51,429 bases of DNA from Thermoanaerobaculia bacterium (lineage in GTDB: Bacteria > Acidobacteriota > Thermoanaerobaculia > Gp7-AA8). The first letter of the stretch is position 1, and every line of letters starts with the position of its first letter. The position numbers and the translations under genes are program-made. Positions 50,593 to 51,429 of the stretch are shown here, piece after piece. Location: positions 1 to 51,429 of the forward strand of contig DATAMS010000647.1 in NCBI GenBank assembly GCA_036260495.1. The letters run 5' to 3'. The notes under the pieces were generated by a model. That model saw only the letters and a program-made list of their open reading frames with translations. It had not been told where the DNA came from and ran no database searches.

Positions 50593-51429
50593 TCAGTAGC
50601 TGATCATCAATTTGATCCCGTACGCCGTCGCATGCGTTCCCGCCGCCGGGCCGCGGCTCGCGTCGCGATCGAGCATCAACGCGGACGAGAGGCCAGCCTG
50701 CACCGGTATCCAGTAAGCGATTCCTTCGATGTCGCGGCTCTTCCGGCCAACGCCCTCGGTGTGCAAAGCGTCGTGACGGAGAAGCGCTTCCCAGCCGCCG
50801 CCGAACTTCGGAGTCACCCAGATCGACGAACCGTGCGCACGCGTTTCCGCAGTGGCGCGCGTCGGCCGGTCGGTGGCGCTGAGAACATCGATGCCAGCGG
50901 TGATTCGCGGATGTTCATACGTCACCTGCGCGATGGCTCGTTTGCGCGGAAGTCCGGCGGCGTAATGATCGGCATCGAAGAAACCGGCCACGCGCAAACC
51001 ATGAAGCGCGGTGTTGCCGGGCACAGGACGAACTGCCGCACGAACCTGGAGCGCTTTCTCGCCATTCGGATCGGAATGCGCGGAGCCTTCGCCGTTGTAC
51101 ACGCCCGCCTGGAAGTCGCCGGAGTCGCGCGGCAGGTTGTAGTGAAACGTCACACCGGCGTCCGACGGAAACAGAAAACCTTCGCGGTCCACGAAGAGCG
51201 TTCCTTCAAAACGATAGCGGTAAATCGACTCTTCGTAATCGAGCCACGGCGTTTGATTGAGTCCTGCGCGAATCCACGATCCTTTCGTCAGCCACTGATC
51301 GAGATTGAGCTGCGCGTAAGCGAACTTGAGCCGGAAAACCTGACTCCCATTCAGCGAGCTGCTCCCGGTCTCGCGAGCGACCTCGGGCGTCACGCGGAAC
51401 GAAAGATAGCGATTGAGCGTGCCGAAGAC
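50593..51429 (-). CDS. Outer-membrane porin, phosphate-selective OprO/P-like (5' end outside window)
   Basis: The frame stays open to the window edge. It has an alternating beta-strand pattern and the C-terminal ...GIKLMISY ends in an aromatic residue. It is adjacent to the pit genes. The family call is an inference. Confidence 0.6.
   Translation of the reverse strand, partial: VFGTLNRYLSFRVTPEVARETGSSSLNGSQVFRLKFAYAQLNLDQWLTKGSWIRAGLNQTPWLDYEESIYRYRFEGTLFVDREGFLFPSDAGVTFHYNLPRDSGDFQAGVYNGEGSAHSDPNGEKALQVRAAVRPVPGNTALHGLRVAGFFDADHYAAGLPRKRAIAQVTYEHPRITAGIDVLSATDRPTRATAETRAHGSSIWVTPKFGGGWEALLRHDALHTEGVGRKSRDIEGIAYWIPVQAGLSSALMLDRDASRGPAAGTHATAYGIKLMISY

Overview
This is a 51.4-kb high-GC bacterial chromosomal segment (about 62-66% GC in spot counts). 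It is densely coding, with about 49 CDS. I could not recognise any rRNA, tRNA, CRISPR array, transposase or integrase by eye.

Most genes are housekeeping:
- engB; rho with a long acidic N-terminal extension; a fused pxpB-pxpC; an RNB-family exoribonuclease.
- panB-panC followed by a divergent panD-like gene that is coupled to two membrane-associated genes.
- A deoxynucleoside kinase; an M16 peptidase pair; an FHA-GAF-adenylate cyclase; a lolD-like ATPase; clpC; an APC permease.
- thrA-thrB-thrC; a cNMP-binding/Crp/receiver signalling group; a class-III aminotransferase.
- A polysaccharide export/glycosylation cluster (wzm, wzt, GT2 and polytopic membrane proteins); an amidohydrolase; lexA plus an XRE regulator.
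- An FHA/GGDEF/DUF1772 operon divergent from an MCP; prfA / DUF1385-rpmE; a pitA-DUF47-porin phosphate locus.

The gene content and the style of low-complexity hairpin repeats fit an Acidobacteriota-like soil bacterium. That is a weak inference.

Two things stand out:
1. Three small toxin-antitoxin-like islets of visibly lower GC. The most interesting is a three-gene cassette between rpmE and the pit operon: a Panacea/DUF4065 antitoxin, an unassigned 130-aa MazF-fold-like protein, and a HicB-like protein. The other two are a decayed brnT with an intact partner antitoxin, and a DUF2442 gene plus a small antitoxin-like gene appended to a GT2 gene.
2. An unusual population of long imperfect palindromes whose arms are built from short tandem 7-, 8- or 15-nt units, each with a unique sequence.
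   - They sit in spacers, inside operons (panC/panD-like, wzm/wzt) and in divergent promoter regions.
   - At least two are in frame inside coding sequences: thrC and a polytopic membrane protein.
   - Related G-run repeats (GGGTGTN) match G-quadruplex consensus.

All homology calls come from motif recognition by eye. No searches were run.
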